Of a DNA stretch of 38,541 bases, positions 10,292-21,914 are shown piece after piece. Position numbers and translations under genes: made by a program. Below the pieces are notes generated by a model that worked only from the letters and a program-made list of their open reading frames with translations, was not told the origin of the DNA and did not search any database. Source of the stretch: Octopus bimaculoides (Eukaryota); the NCBI RefSeq assembly GCF_001194135.2, contig NC_068986.1, positions 82,052,068-82,090,608 of the forward strand, written 5' to 3'. Within the stretch, counting starts at the first letter, position 1. Every line of letters begins with the position of its first letter.

Positions 10292-10566
10292 GTATATATG
10301 GATACAGGACGTGATCAATAGATCAAATAACATGAAATACGCAAACAACGAGAAAAATATGGAAAGCAGGACAAGTAAACACAGGAAAAGGGCTCTTTAT
10401 CAGTTGAGACAGCCAACAACTAATGAGGGGTACTTTTGGTGCGTTTACTTGTCCTGTTTTCCATAATTTTTTCCTTGTTTGCATATTTCACTCGTTTTTT
10501 CCCCTCTTTGTATACGTATTTCATGTTATTTGCACCGTTGGTGACGTCCTGTACCCATACATGCAC
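10289..10566. repeat. Imperfect foldback (arms ~118 and ~150 bp, 10 nt loop at 10407-10416), probably PLE-related
   Basis: GGATACAGGACGTG..AAATAACATGAAATACG..GGACAAGTAAAC pairs with GTTTACTTGTCC..CGTATTTCATGTTATTT..GACGTCCTGTACCC. A third copy of the arm lies at 16547-16618. Confidence 0.85.
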
Positions 10567-10671
10567 GTATGTGTATCTGTATACATATATATANNNNNNN
10601 NNNNNNNNNNNNNNNNNNNNNNNNNNNNNNNNNNNNNNNNNNNNNNNNNTATATATATATATATTTATACA

Positions 10672-10830
10672 CACGATGGGCTTCTTTCAGATTCCTTGTA
10701 CCAAATCCACTTACAAGGCTTTGGTTAACCCGAGGCTATTGTAGAAGACACTTGTCCAAGGTGCCACGCTATGAGACTGAACCAAAGATCATATGGTTGA
10801 AAAGTAAGCTTTTTTCTAATACGTCATGAC
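10672..10830 (-). mobile_element. SINE family B, 5' half
   Basis: GGGCTTCTTTCAG..CCAAATCCACTTACAAGGCTTTGGTTAACCCGAGGCTATTGTAGAAGACACTTGTCCAAGGTGCCACGC; homologous to 7700-7870. Confidence 0.85.
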
Positions 10831-10962
10831 ATCTGTGACAGGACAACGGACAGAGAAATAGTTCGAATATTAAACTTAATGATAGAGGGTATTGTATTAG
10901 TAGCGGAGAACGGATTGGTACCGGGGGGGGGGGCGGTTGATTCAGACACGATTCAGACACAT

Positions 10963-11175
10963 GTAATTAGCTGGCAGAATCATTAGCACATCGGCAAAAT
11001 GTTTATCGGCATTTCGTCCGTTTTCTGGGTTCAAATTCCGCCGAGGTTGACATCGCCTTTCATCCTTTCGATGTCGATAAAATAAGTACTTGCTGGGCAC
11101 TGAGGTTGATGTAATTAACTTAACCCCTCGCCCAACATTGCTGGCCTTATGTGCCAAAATTTGAAACTAATATTA
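10963..11175 (+). mobile_element. SINE family A
   Basis: AGCTGGCAGAATCATTAGCAC..GGGTTCAAATTCCGCCGAGGTTGAC..CCAAAATTTGAAAC. Confidence 0.9.
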
Positions 11176-11759
11176 AACTTTGATATCACCACAATAATTC
11201 GTCGTAACAACCAGAAAAAAAAGCTGTATATTGAACCTACAATGTTCACTTTCTATGCATTTACTGCACAAGCATTTTAATGAGTACAAACAAAAAATAC
11301 ACAACAAAACCGTTTTCCCCAACGTGAAAGGTTGACAAGTTAATTCTACAAGAAAAAAAGTAAAGAAAAAAACTACATATTTTCACCTCTTTCGAAGGAT
11401 ATATATATTCCCCATTTCAAACACTATACATTAATTTTATGTCATTTTCGAATACAATATTATTAAATTTCACAGATTTTTTCCAAAATAAACAATACTG
11501 TTTTGTTGCTTGAGCGAGTATATGAAATATATTTTCTTAAGATCAAACATTATATATTCCTTAAAATTTTTCATTAAATATTCAGAAAATAAAACATATC
11601 ACGATAATTTCCAAACCAAAAATTGCCAGGTTTTAATATATGACGCTGCATAAATTAAAAATAATGTTTGAAAATTCTTTGTTGTGTAGCGTGTGTTGTG
11701 TAGGTGTAGTCAGGGTGATAGAACTGTGCAATTGCACATCTTTTGGAAGGCATTATTGT

Positions 11760-11840
11760 GTTGTCAGCAAGTTCGTTTCACAACCAAGAGGTTTCGAGAT
11801 CGATTTCACTGCACAACACTTTAGGTAAATGTGTGTTTAA
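11760..11840 (+). mobile_element. Decayed SINE family B head
   Basis: TTCACAACCAAGAGGTTTCGAGATCGATTTCACTGCACAACACTTTAGGTAAATGTG resembles the family B head. Confidence 0.5.
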
Positions 11841-11854
11841 CTTGGTTGGCGGAG

Positions 11855-12190
11855 TAATCTCTGCAGTTGCGTTACTCGACATGGTGCGTTGCTCGGAGAT
11901 CAGGGAGTTTCTCAATTCCAGTCACTACTTCTACGCAGTGAGAGGTCACAGTTCCGGTACTATAGACATGTAATTAGAATGTCGAAGGAAAGAATCACAA
12001 AACAAGGCAACCGGCAGGAGACCTAGTGGTAGACCAAGAACGAAACTGATGCTATCCATAGCTCAGTTGGTCACGCTGGAAAGTCTAATGGCGGTTGCTT
12101 CAGATAGAACCGCAAGGAAAAGGTGTCTGAGAACTCTACTTTTACGACCCTCTTAGGAAAAAAAGGACGGAGAAGATAGATGGATGGATA
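11855..12190 (+). mobile_element. Rex3/Expander-like RTE LINE 3' fragment
   Basis: AVALLDMVRCSEIREFL..QSLLLRSERSQFRYYRHVIRMSKERITKQ..ATGRRPSGRPRTK matches the RTE/Rex3 C-terminal pattern (LLLRIERSQxRWxGHxxRM...GRRPRGRPRTRW). Confidence 0.8.
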
Positions 12191-12208
12191 AGCGCGCGCG
12201 GTTATTCA

Positions 12209-12243
<35 letters not shown>

Positions 12244-12781
12244 NNNNNNNNNNNNNNNNNNNNNNNNNNNNNNNNNNNNNNNNNNNNNNNNNNNNNNNNN
12301 NNNNNNNNNNNNNNNNNNNNNNNNNNNNNNNNNNNNNNNNNNNNNNNNNNNNNNNNNNNNNNNNNNNNNNNNNNNNNNNNNNNNNNNNNNNNNNNNNNNN
12401 NNNNNNNNNNNNNNNNNNNNNNNNNNNNNNNNNNNNNNNNNNNNNNNNNNNNNNNNNNNNNNNNNNNNNNNNNNNNNNNNNNNNNNNNNNNNNNNNNNNN
12501 NNNNNNNNNNNNNNNNNNNNNNNNNNNNNNNNNNNNNNNNNNNNNNNNNNNNNNNNNNNNNNNNNNNNNNNNNNNNNNNNNNNNNNNNNNNNNNNNNNNN
12601 NNNNNNNNNNNNNNNNNNNNNNNNNNNNNNNNNNNNNNNNNNNNNNNNNNNNNNNNNNNNNNNNNNNNNNNNNNNNNNNNNNNNNNNNNNNNNNNNNNNN
12701 NNNNNNNNNNNNNNNNNNNNNNNNNNNNNNNNNNNNNNNNNNNNNNNNNNNNNNNNNNNNNNNNNNNNNNNNNNNNNNNTA

Positions 12782-12823
<42 letters not shown>

Positions 12824-14078
12824 CACATGTAGATATATGTATGTCCTCTGTTAGAAGGTAGGAGTTCGTTCCCCTGCTTGTAATATATATTAGAGTGCAG
12901 AATGTACCGATAACCAGCTGGCGGAGACTCTGCCTGGGGTTAAATGGTAGTAACGTCGAACATCCATACTGATGTGGCGATAAACATTATTCTTAGTATA
13001 GTTACTACTTTCATCTCTTACTGAGATTTTCTAACTAGCTACTTTGCTTGTTAATGTATATATATACACCTGCTTTTATTTAAGCATATGTAATAAACTC
13101 GTGTTGTGTAAAAAGGTGTAACTTAGCGATTCGGCAAATAGGTTTCTATAAAATAGATAACAAGCTGAAATAAGTACTGAAGTTGCTGCTGCATATGTCT
13201 ATATCCTAGCCTGCACCTGCCCAAGAAATAATAGTAATTATGTCCTGACGTCATACAAAGTCTTACAAAACTGATACATTTCATACATTTAAGCTAATAA
13301 AAAATAGATACTTTCAAGAGAATCTACGATTCTCTCGTTGGTAACGTTCTCAGAAGGTATGCTGTTCTTGAGATAGAAATGAACTGTTGAGAAGTCGATC
13401 TAAGTGTCCTGTTCTGCAAAACGCCCTATGTTTTATCCGCTCACCAATTCATTCTCTAAATTCACATAAAGGTGTTATTTTTTTTTAGTAGTAATCCGAG
13501 TTCTGATGTTTATGCAGCCCTCGTTAGTTGTACAACTCTTACCAGAAACACTTCTGAAGTATTCGAGCATCCAAACACAAATTCTGTTCAAATTATCATT
13601 CAGTTCACATGACAGCTGCTGGCTTAACGCCATTGGCTACCAAGCAACATAATTAAGTGGTTAACCATTGACAATGTCTTTCTTCTAATTTCTAAGAACC
13701 CACTTCTCTCTAGATTCAGCTTTAACAGCATTCGTTAAATGACTCTTAAAAAGGGTTGCTAAATTTTGATAAAATCCAATATACACTAACAGAGATGTCA
13801 ATGCGCAGATTAGCGAAGAATAACAGCGTATCTAACATATCATTCCATTCTATAAACTTAATTTTACAGCTTTTTAAACTAAAAACTAATGTGGATATCA
13901 ATGACTTAACTGTCGATCACCAGCACGCGCAAATGTATTATTTAATATAATACTTCATAAAGAGAAAACAACAGAGCCGACTTAAATGTCAAGATGTTTG
14001 AGATTATTAATACGACAATAGATTTTCAGTCTATCTCAACTTTTGAAATGAAGCATGTTTTAATATTTAGAGCTTCAC

Positions 14079-14311
14079 AAGGTGGCGAGCTGGCAGTAAC
14101 GTTAGCACGTCGGGCGAAATGCTAAGCGGTATTTCGTCTGTCTTTGCGTTCTGAGTTCAAATTTCGCCGAGGTAGACGTTGCCTTTCATCCTTTCGGGAT
14201 CGATTAAAAAAGTACCAGTTACGCACTGAAGTCGATGTAATCGACTTAATCCCTTTGACTGTCCTTGTTTGTCCCCTCTACGTTTAGCCCCCTGTGGGCA
14301 ATAAAGAAATA
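14079..14311 (+). mobile_element. SINE family A, tail type 1, with 17 bp TSD
   Basis: Full-length copy ending TGTGGGCAATAAAGAAATA, flanked by AATATTTAGAG(C/T)TTCAC at 14062-14078 and 14312-14328. Confidence 0.92.
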
Positions 14312-14328
14312 AATATTTAGAGTTTCAC

Positions 14329-14509
14329 AAGGCGGTGAGCTGGCAGAAACGTTAGCACACTGGGCGAAATGCTTAGCGGTATTTCGTCTGTCTTTATGTG
14401 CTGAGTTCTTTCGGGTTCGATAAATTAAGTACCAGTTGCGTACTGGGGTCGTTCTAATCGACTGCCCTCCTCCTCCAAAATTTCGGACGTTGTGCCTAGA
14501 GTAGAAAAG
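14329..14509 (+). mobile_element. SINE family A, tail type 2, internally deleted, with 17 bp TSD
   Basis: Ends CAAAATTTCGGACGTTGTGCCTAGAGTAGAAAAG; flanked by AATATTTAGAGTTTCAC at 14312-14328 and 14510-14526. Confidence 0.92.
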
Positions 14510-15774
14510 AATATTTAGAGTTTCACTACATGTCGATCGGATTGATGTTTCATCATCATCAGGTGTCTTATTCTCGGATATGTACATGGTCCGGGCTAGT
14601 TTCAAATTGGAACCGTTATATCTAAATTAATTGTAGTAAAGATGAGGTTAATATTTCGAAGTATAATCAGAATATCAACCTAGTCCTAAAAAAGAAAAGA
14701 AAAAGAAAACTGCGGAAATGCTATAGTTTCAAATGACTGAGCCATGTCATTGATTTAATGTAAACAGATTTGTATTTAAGGTGTTTATTGTGAGAAAAAC
14801 ATCAGATATTTTGTTAGAAGTGATTGTTATTTTAACTAAAGTATAAGAGAAACTTCAAGTAATTATTTTCAGTTTTATGTTTCAGAGAATTGTTTCGTAT
14901 TTTAAATCACCTGGAAAACGGATTCCATTCTTTCCGGAATTCTCTGCTAGAATACAATCATTGCACATTGCACTTAATGGACCCCTTGACCCTCTTTTGT
15001 TAATCTTTCGAGAGAATAAATACTGATGAATTAAAATGGTGCATTAGAAGCTGTCATTTATTTCCCTTCAGAGGTCCTACAAAAAAAGATCTCGAGTTGA
15101 TTGAAGGCAATGCACTAAAGGAACCAGAAAAATATTAGCGAATGAAATTACTTTGTAATCATTGACAAAACCGATCTACAAAAGCACTTAGGTTCTTTTC
15201 CCGAGATATAATAACAGCTAAAAGATCAATGCTGAGTGATGAGAACGATTCGAATTCGCTGTGATTTTCCGAGACGTCAATATTATTCTTCTCGCGCATT
15301 ATAATACTCAGACTCATTCATTGATACGAGAATATCGATGACCAACTTATCAGTTCAGTAGAGGTAGTGTAGAGCAGCTGATAGCAAGAACTTGTTACAG
15401 CGTAATCTACCTAGGCTAAGTCATTTGGTGCGATTAATATTTGGTTAGATGAGAAAATTGAAAAAGAACAATTATAGGAACAAGATGAATATTTCTGGAT
15501 GGTTACTTTTGTGTGTGAATATGTGTATGTGAGTATGTGTGTATACATACATACATACATAGAGACACACTCAAACACACAGGCATATGCATGTGTGTGT
15601 GTGTATGAGCGTGTGTGTGTGTGTATGTGGGCGCGCGCGTGTGTGTGTAGGCAATTATTTTATCCCTTCTACTTCACTAACGAAAAAAATATAGATTCCA
15701 AGCAAGACGATTTTCTCCTTTGCCATAGAGCTGGACAGCGAATCATCTAAGAGATTACACACTCACACAATATC

Positions 15775-15950
15775 AGTGTTGCGTATTTAAATATTGGTGG
15801 ACTGGTACAGGGGGTAGAATGATAGAGGGTATTGTATTAGTAGTGGAGAACGGATTGGTACCGGGTGGTTGATTCAGACACGATGGGGAATTGGTACAGG
15901 GTAATGGGCTAGCGTTGGGAGAGGGATTTGTAATACTGTTAATTTGTTGA
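15775..15950 (-). repeat. Dispersed repeat fragment with a Pro/Ser/Thr/Asn-rich minus-strand frame, possibly PLE ORF
   Basis: 15818-15884 is nearly identical to 10878-10952. The family identity is inferred only. Confidence 0.45.
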
Positions 15951-15954
15951 GGAA

Positions 15955-16110
15955 CAGGTATCGCGGTGTTTAGTTGCAACTCTTTCTGAGTTCTAATTTC
16001 GTAGAAATAAACTTTGCCTTTCATCCCCCAGAGGTCGATAAGAGGAAGAACCAATCTAATACAAGGGTTGATATACTCAACTACACCCACCCACTTAAAT
16101 TTGAGGCCTC
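15955..16110 (+). mobile_element. Decayed SINE family A
   Basis: TCTGAGTTCTAATTTCG..AACTTTGCCTTTCATCCCCCAGAGGTCGATAAG. Confidence 0.7.
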
Positions 16111-16515
16111 TTTCTCGTTTCTTTTTTTCACTTGATCCAGTCATTGAATGCAACCATACTGAGGTATCGCTTTGGACGGTTTAGGTGAACACATCTACCT
16201 CAGTACTGATTTGTTGAAGTATGGTATTTATTCTATCGGGGTCTAAATATTATATATTGAGTATTAAACAGTGAAAATTGGATGCTTTACATCCCTATAA
16301 GAGGAGCTTGTTTCCTAACGATATATATATATATATATANNNNNNNNNNNNNNNNNNNNNNNNNNNNNNNNNNNNNNNNNNNNNNNNNNNNNNNNNNNNN
16401 NNNNNNNNNNNNNNNNNNNNNNNNNNNNNNNNNNNNNNNNNNNNNNNNNNNNNNNNNNNNNNNNNNNNNNNNNNNNNNNNNNNNNNNNNNNNNNNNNNNN
16501 NNNNNNNNNNNNNNN

Positions 16516-16546
<31 letters not shown>

Positions 16547-16549
<3 letters not shown>

Positions 16550-17110
16550 GCATATATGGGTACAGGACATCACCAATAGAGAAAATAACATGAAATACGC
16601 AAACAACAAGAAAAATATAGAGAAATAGGTAGGTAGGTAGAGGAAAGACTGTACTTGTAAGTTTTGTCTTGGATGAAGGGAGTGTAGACATAGCGTTTGT
16701 TCTAGCAGAAGGAATAGTGCCCTTAGCTTTTTTTCTTGAGGAAGAGCATGTACCCATAGTTTTTGTTCTAAGGAAAAGGATGTGCCCATAGCTTTTATAG
16801 GTCCCCATGGAGATCGACTCGGCAAATTCCCTCATAGACAGTTGCAAGTTGACTACCGTTAAAATATGGGGAAGTGGGGGGGGGGAGGATTTTCTGAGGG
16901 CCGACTGTACACTTGAAAAGATTGAATGCAATGGTTATAGCAGAACCTGAGATACTGGACAATAATAATAGGTGACGAGAGGAGAAACGAGTAAGACTGA
17001 AGTGCTTATGTGAAGGTTGTATGAAACCAGTTAGCTTGGAAGAGTAGAGGCCCCTGTCGTAGCAGTAGAAAGGTTAGAGTGTCCTGATTCAGAGTTATTT
17101 ACGTGTTGTG
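16547..17110 (-). mobile_element. Repeat fragment: foldback-arm copy (16547-16618) plus a decayed S/T/P/L-rich reading frame; PLE origin suspected
   Basis: The arm homology to 10289-10566 is direct. The 16640-17110 frame is open for over 100 codons but shows no diagnostic RT or GIY-YIG motif. Confidence 0.35.
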
Positions 17111-17191
17111 AACAGCCTCATTTCAATCAGTCTTTTACCTGCCTGATTATAAACTGTAATGTATATTGTTATCATATATTGAATTCTAACA

Positions 17192-17372
17192 TGGGCTCAA
17201 AGCCAAAAATTTTGAGGTGGGGGGGAGCAGGATCGAATTAAATTGATCCAATATTTCATTGGTACTTTAGTTTATCGATCCCAAAAGGATATGAAAGAAG
17301 TCGACACCTCTGTGAGCTGCATCTAGAACGTAAAGGAGCGTAGCTAAGTACCGCAAAGCAGTTTATTACGCC
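17192..17372 (-). mobile_element. Decayed SINE family A
   Basis: TTGGTACTTTAGTTTATCGATCCCAAAAGGATATGAAAGAAGTCGAC is the reverse complement of the core. Confidence 0.7.
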
Positions 17373-17997
17373 ATTGTTTCTCATACTCACTGTCATTGAT
17401 GTGGAAATAAAGATTTCTGAGATAGGTAAAAGACCACAAAATTTTAGGGTGTGATTTATCAGTTTAGTCAGCCCCTATACTTAACTGGTTCTTATTTTAT
17501 CAGAGGCTTATTTCATTAGAGCAACGGGGACGTAAATAAGGAGTTTTAAAAAGTAAAGTTGGCCCATGAAATCTAAAATGAACTGAGAGAGCCGAAAGTG
17601 TTCCACAGGCAGATGATTAATATCATTCAGGATTGTAACCAACGTCAACATATGCGTCAGCAGTTGACATTTGATTGGAATTATAGACTTCAACCAATCT
17701 TCTAAAGTTCTTGAAAGATATTAATCGCAGTAGTTGTTTAAAACTTCTTCAGCCAGACGTTCAGTAAATGTCTTGGGGTGACATTAAAGACAGCTTAAAA
17801 TTGTCGAAAATTAATTTGTCTGTGAATATTTAATTTCTTATAGCAGAGATACCAGTTAAACATGATACTATACTAGTTAGCAATCACTTATCTGCCATCT
17901 TGACAATAGACAGATGTAACGTTTATTTTATATACCTCCTTACAAAATGTAGTGATAGAAACATTGAGATGTAGCCACAGTAATATGTAGTCATATG

Positions 17998-18205
17998 GAT
18001 TTCAAATTTTGGCACAAGACCAGCAATTTCGAGGAAGTGGGTAAATCAATTACATCGATCTCAATGTTTAACTAGTACTTATATTATAGATCACGTAGAT
18101 AAAAGGCAAAGTCGACCTTGGGGGAATTTGAACTCAGAATGATAAAACAAAACGTCGCTGAGCTTGTTGCCCGGCGTTGCTAATGATTCTGCCAGCTGGC
18201 CGCCT
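17998..18205 (-). mobile_element. SINE family A
   Basis: TTTCAAATTTTGGCACAAG..AAAAGGCAAAGTCGACCTTG..AATTTGAACTCAGAA..GCTAATGATTCTGCCAGCTGGCCGCCT. Confidence 0.9.
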
Positions 18206-18229
18206 GTTAATGCAGTAGTCAGATTAACA

Positions 18230-18282
18230 TATGTATGTATGTATGTGTGTATGTATGTATGTATCAATCCATCCATCCACCC

Positions 18283-18338
<56 letters not shown>

Positions 18339-18430
18339 GTCTGTCTGTCTGTCTGTCTGTCTGTTTATCTACCTACCTACCTACCTACCTACCTACCTAC
18401 CTACCTCTCTCTCTCTCTCTGTATATATAT
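18230..18430. repeat. Compound tetranucleotide microsatellite (GTAT)(ATCC)(ATCT)(GTCT)(ACCT)(CT)
   Basis: Directly visible. Confidence 0.95.
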
Positions 18431-18432
18431 AT

Positions 18433-20662
18433 AGATGTAGTTGTATGTACAACATACCGTCAAAGCATGAGGGTAAAATTGAGAATAGCTTCAGACACAT
18501 TGAGAAGGTTTTGACAAATCTGGACCAATACACCAATATACTCCTCCTGGGTGACTTCAGCCTCCCGAATGTTAAATGGCCTGAAGGCTACATCCTCTCT
18601 GGGATGTCACTGCATGAACAAAACCAAGCAAATCATTGCTAGAACTTTCTAGCATGCTGTACATGGAACAAGTGATACTCCAACCAACCTGGGAAAGCAA
18701 TATTTTGGATCTCTGCTTCACAAACAATACGAACATTATCCATAATGTGAAGGTAACACCAACAACTCTTTCGGATCATAACATTATAGAATTAACCATG
18801 TATGGTCCAAGGCAAATTGCTGACATCCATTCTATCAGGAGGACTCAAGCCATATCCAACCTAAATTTCCACAAAGCAAACTGGAAATCAATCTGCAAAG
18901 AGATCCACAATCAAAACTGACCTGACAGCCTGTCTATACAAGACAATGATCTAAAACTGTGTCACTTTATGTCGACTGTGCAAGTTATATGCACCAAATG
19001 TGTGCCAGAAAGAAAAGCCAACATATATATAAATAGAATCCCCAGAGACAGGAAAATCCTTATGAGACACAGAACAAAGGTCTCAAACCAGTTGAATAGA
19101 GAACTGAAGGATAGTAAAAAGGCTAAATTAAGACAGACGTTGCTGGAAATTGAAAACAAAATTAAACTCTCCCATGAAAAAGAACGAGCAGAGAAGGGAA
19201 GAGAGCTGTAGAAAGCATAAAAATAAACCCCAAGGCTTTCTATAAATTTGCAAAGGAAACGCTACAGTACAGTACAAAATAGGACCCGTGCTCCAATTGA
19301 ATGGCTCAATTACTGCGGACCCCAAAAGGATAAGTGAAGTGCTCAGTATACAATTTAAAGGTGTCTTCACCTATTCACTGAGTTACATGCAGATAAAAAA
19401 ACTCAGAGGAAGATGTAATAGCAGCCATAGACGAAATGAGCTCAAACTCAGCAACCGGCCCCGATGGTTTCCTAGCTATTCTCTTAAAGTCATGTAAACA
19501 GGAATTGGTGGGACCACTTCGGATACTCTTCCAGAGTTTCCTTGCAAATGGTAAACTTTCCAAAAAGCTAAAAAAGTTAAAAAGCTAAAAAGCAAAAAGT
19601 TAAAAGCTAAAAGAAGGCATTATATGCCCTATCCATAAGGGTGGAAGCAGAATAGAGGCCAAAAACTACAGACCCATACTCTGACTTCACATATCAGCAA
19701 AGTCATGGAGCGAATCGTCAGGAAGAAACTGATTACATTCCTAGAAGAAAATGACTTATAAGTGGGCAGAGCAAAACAATATGCAATTTAATGCTGAAAA
19801 TTTTCAAGCACAGCGCTATAATATCACAAATGCTCCACAACCGGCATTTACAGAACCTGGAGGTACTGCAATCCCAGAGTCACAAACAGTGAGAGACCTG
19901 GACATCAGTATGTGTAATGATGCATCATTTCACATGCACATTGCCAAGTTGACAGCAAAGAGCAGACAACTGACAGGATGGATACTAAGGACATTCAGGA
20001 CAAGAGATCAAGAAGTCATGTTGACTCCATGGAAGACCTTTGTTTTCAGCTCCGTAGACTACTGCTCTCAGCTGTATTCACCACACAGTGACAAGCTAAC
20101 AGCGGAGCCTGAAGCAATCCAGCGTCACTACACTAAAAAGATTGCTACAGTCCAACAGATGAACTGCAGGGAGAGGCTGAAAGAACTACGACTAAACACT
20201 CTAAGCGCAGACGTGAGAGACATGTAATAATTTACATGTGAAAAATACTGGAAGGGCTTGTACCTAATTTTGGCATCAAATGTTATATGAATGCTCGTAC
20301 TGGACGCCATTGCATAATACCGAAGGTACTGTCCAATGCATCTAATATATAAACCAGAGCTCTTCAATGCTCTGCCAAAATAATTGAGAAACTTACTCGA
20401 TATAGATGTGGAAGTCTTCAAAAAGAAACTGAACTCTTTTCTATCCACAATACCAAAAGAACCAATGGCTCGACATGAGGCACAGTTGAGGGCAGTAGTG
20501 CCAAATTCCCTCATGCACCGGATGGGCCATCGACAATTTTGATGGGATCGCCTCAGTCGGAGGAGAGGAACCACAGAAGGATTGAAGAGATGGTACAAAA
20601 ATAAAGAGTGAAAATAATCATGGTGGTGCTCCAGCATGACGACAGCCACCTGGCTGAAACAC
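18433..20662 (+). mobile_element. CR1/Jockey-group LINE, 5'-truncated, decayed, RT core deleted
   Basis: APE motifs LLGDFSLPNVKW, ILDLCFTNN and SDHNII; then NPKAFYKF, PDGF.AILLK, ICPIHKGGSR.EAKNYRPI and SHISKVMERIVRK; then KWAEQNNMQFN, VRDL and DYCSQLYSP...IQRHYTK. Multiple stops and frameshifts. Confidence 0.92.
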
Positions 20663-20894
20663 TTTTTTGGGGACAACCAGATCGAACCATCTCAAGTGTA
20701 ACTGCCCGAAATGGTTGTGACTTCTGGGACTTGACTGATGAAAGAAAGCCAAGAATGACCCGTCTTTTTTTGTCTGTCCTAATTGTTGTTTCTCTTGTCC
20801 GCCTTCGTATCGTCTATGTGTCCGAATGTTTTAATGCCCTCTATTGCGTTTTTGTTCCATTTACATATATATACACACACACACACACTCACAC

Positions 20895-21070
20895 ACACAT
20901 ATTTTCGACGAACTTGCACGCAGTGTCTGCTAACCAAATTACTTCACAGTGCACTGGTCTGCTCAGGGCTATAGTTGAAGACAACTGCTCATGATGCCGC
21001 GCGGTGGGACTGAATCGGAAACCACGTGACTGCGAATCGAGTTTCATAGCCACACACCCATGCCTGTATC
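20895..21070 (-). mobile_element. Decayed SINE family B, 5' half
   Basis: GGGCTATAGTTGAAGACAACTGCTCATGATGCCGCGCGGTGGGACTGAATCGGAAACCACGTG is homologous to 7760-7830. Confidence 0.75.
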
Positions 21071-21914
21071 TGCTGACTTTCCTATGTTGATTTTTCTCTG
21101 CTTCACACGAACGACAGCTTTTAAGATTAATTAAAACAACCTGAACTGAAATCCCTGGAGAGATCACAAGAAAACTATATATTAGAAACGCAATGTTAGT
21201 TTGATTGCTTTTTTCTGTTGTCGTACTTAAATGATATCGTCACGAACGATTGGTGGTTAAAGAAAATGTAGCAAGATTCAACTGTCTTTTCAGTGTTTAC
21301 TATATCATACGACTCTACGTTGGTATTAACGTTGTCTCAGAAGAAAAAAAAAAGAAAAAGCATTGGTTCCTGATTTTTATAACAATTTATAAACTTCGAC
21401 AGAACGTAAAATAATTATTTTATGCAAAGATACTTTTCAAATAAGATAAAACTGGAATATATATATATATATATATATATACAGCGTGTAAATACTGAGC
21501 TGAAAAAAACCCCACACCTTCTAAACACAATCTAAAGCTGCCCGCGAAACTTGAACCCTCCCCGCCTGTAAACGTAGCAGGGGTTCTACAAATAGACCAA
21601 AACAGTCTATCGACTTTTTCTATCCATTTTAAAAACTTCTTTCTTAGCAACGACAGTTGTTTGTCGTTGATATTTTAAGAATTTATAAACTCCGAAAGAA
21701 TGTGAAATACACGCTACTATCTATTTATACTGCTTCCTCATTTTTGTCTTAGTGTTGGTTTAGAACTTAATAGTCAAAGAAATATAGCGCATCATTGAGT
21801 GGTTTCTTCCTCATTAGAAAGAATTCCTTATCGCACGTTAATTGGTTATAATTTATAAGCTCATAACCAATACAACGATCAGTTCAAAGCTTTGTCAGTC
21901 ATCTTATAATTGTT

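Noticed and set aside
13300-13950. Unique-looking block with several 40-65 codon frames
   Set aside because: No recognisable domain on either strand and no consistent exon structure.
19561-19612. Degenerate AAAAAGCT repeats in the CR1-group LINE
   Set aside because: A local slippage expansion at the K-L-K codons of a dead element.
20665-20870. Possible third hammerhead (CCCGAAATGGTT, CTGATGAAAG)
   Set aside because: The motifs are in the wrong order for one ribozyme and no stems can be built; at most a decayed repeat end.
21480-21670. Slightly GC-richer patch with a CCCCGCC box and an 8 bp hairpin as a promoter
   Set aside because: No linked gene or start site; the motifs are too short to be informative.
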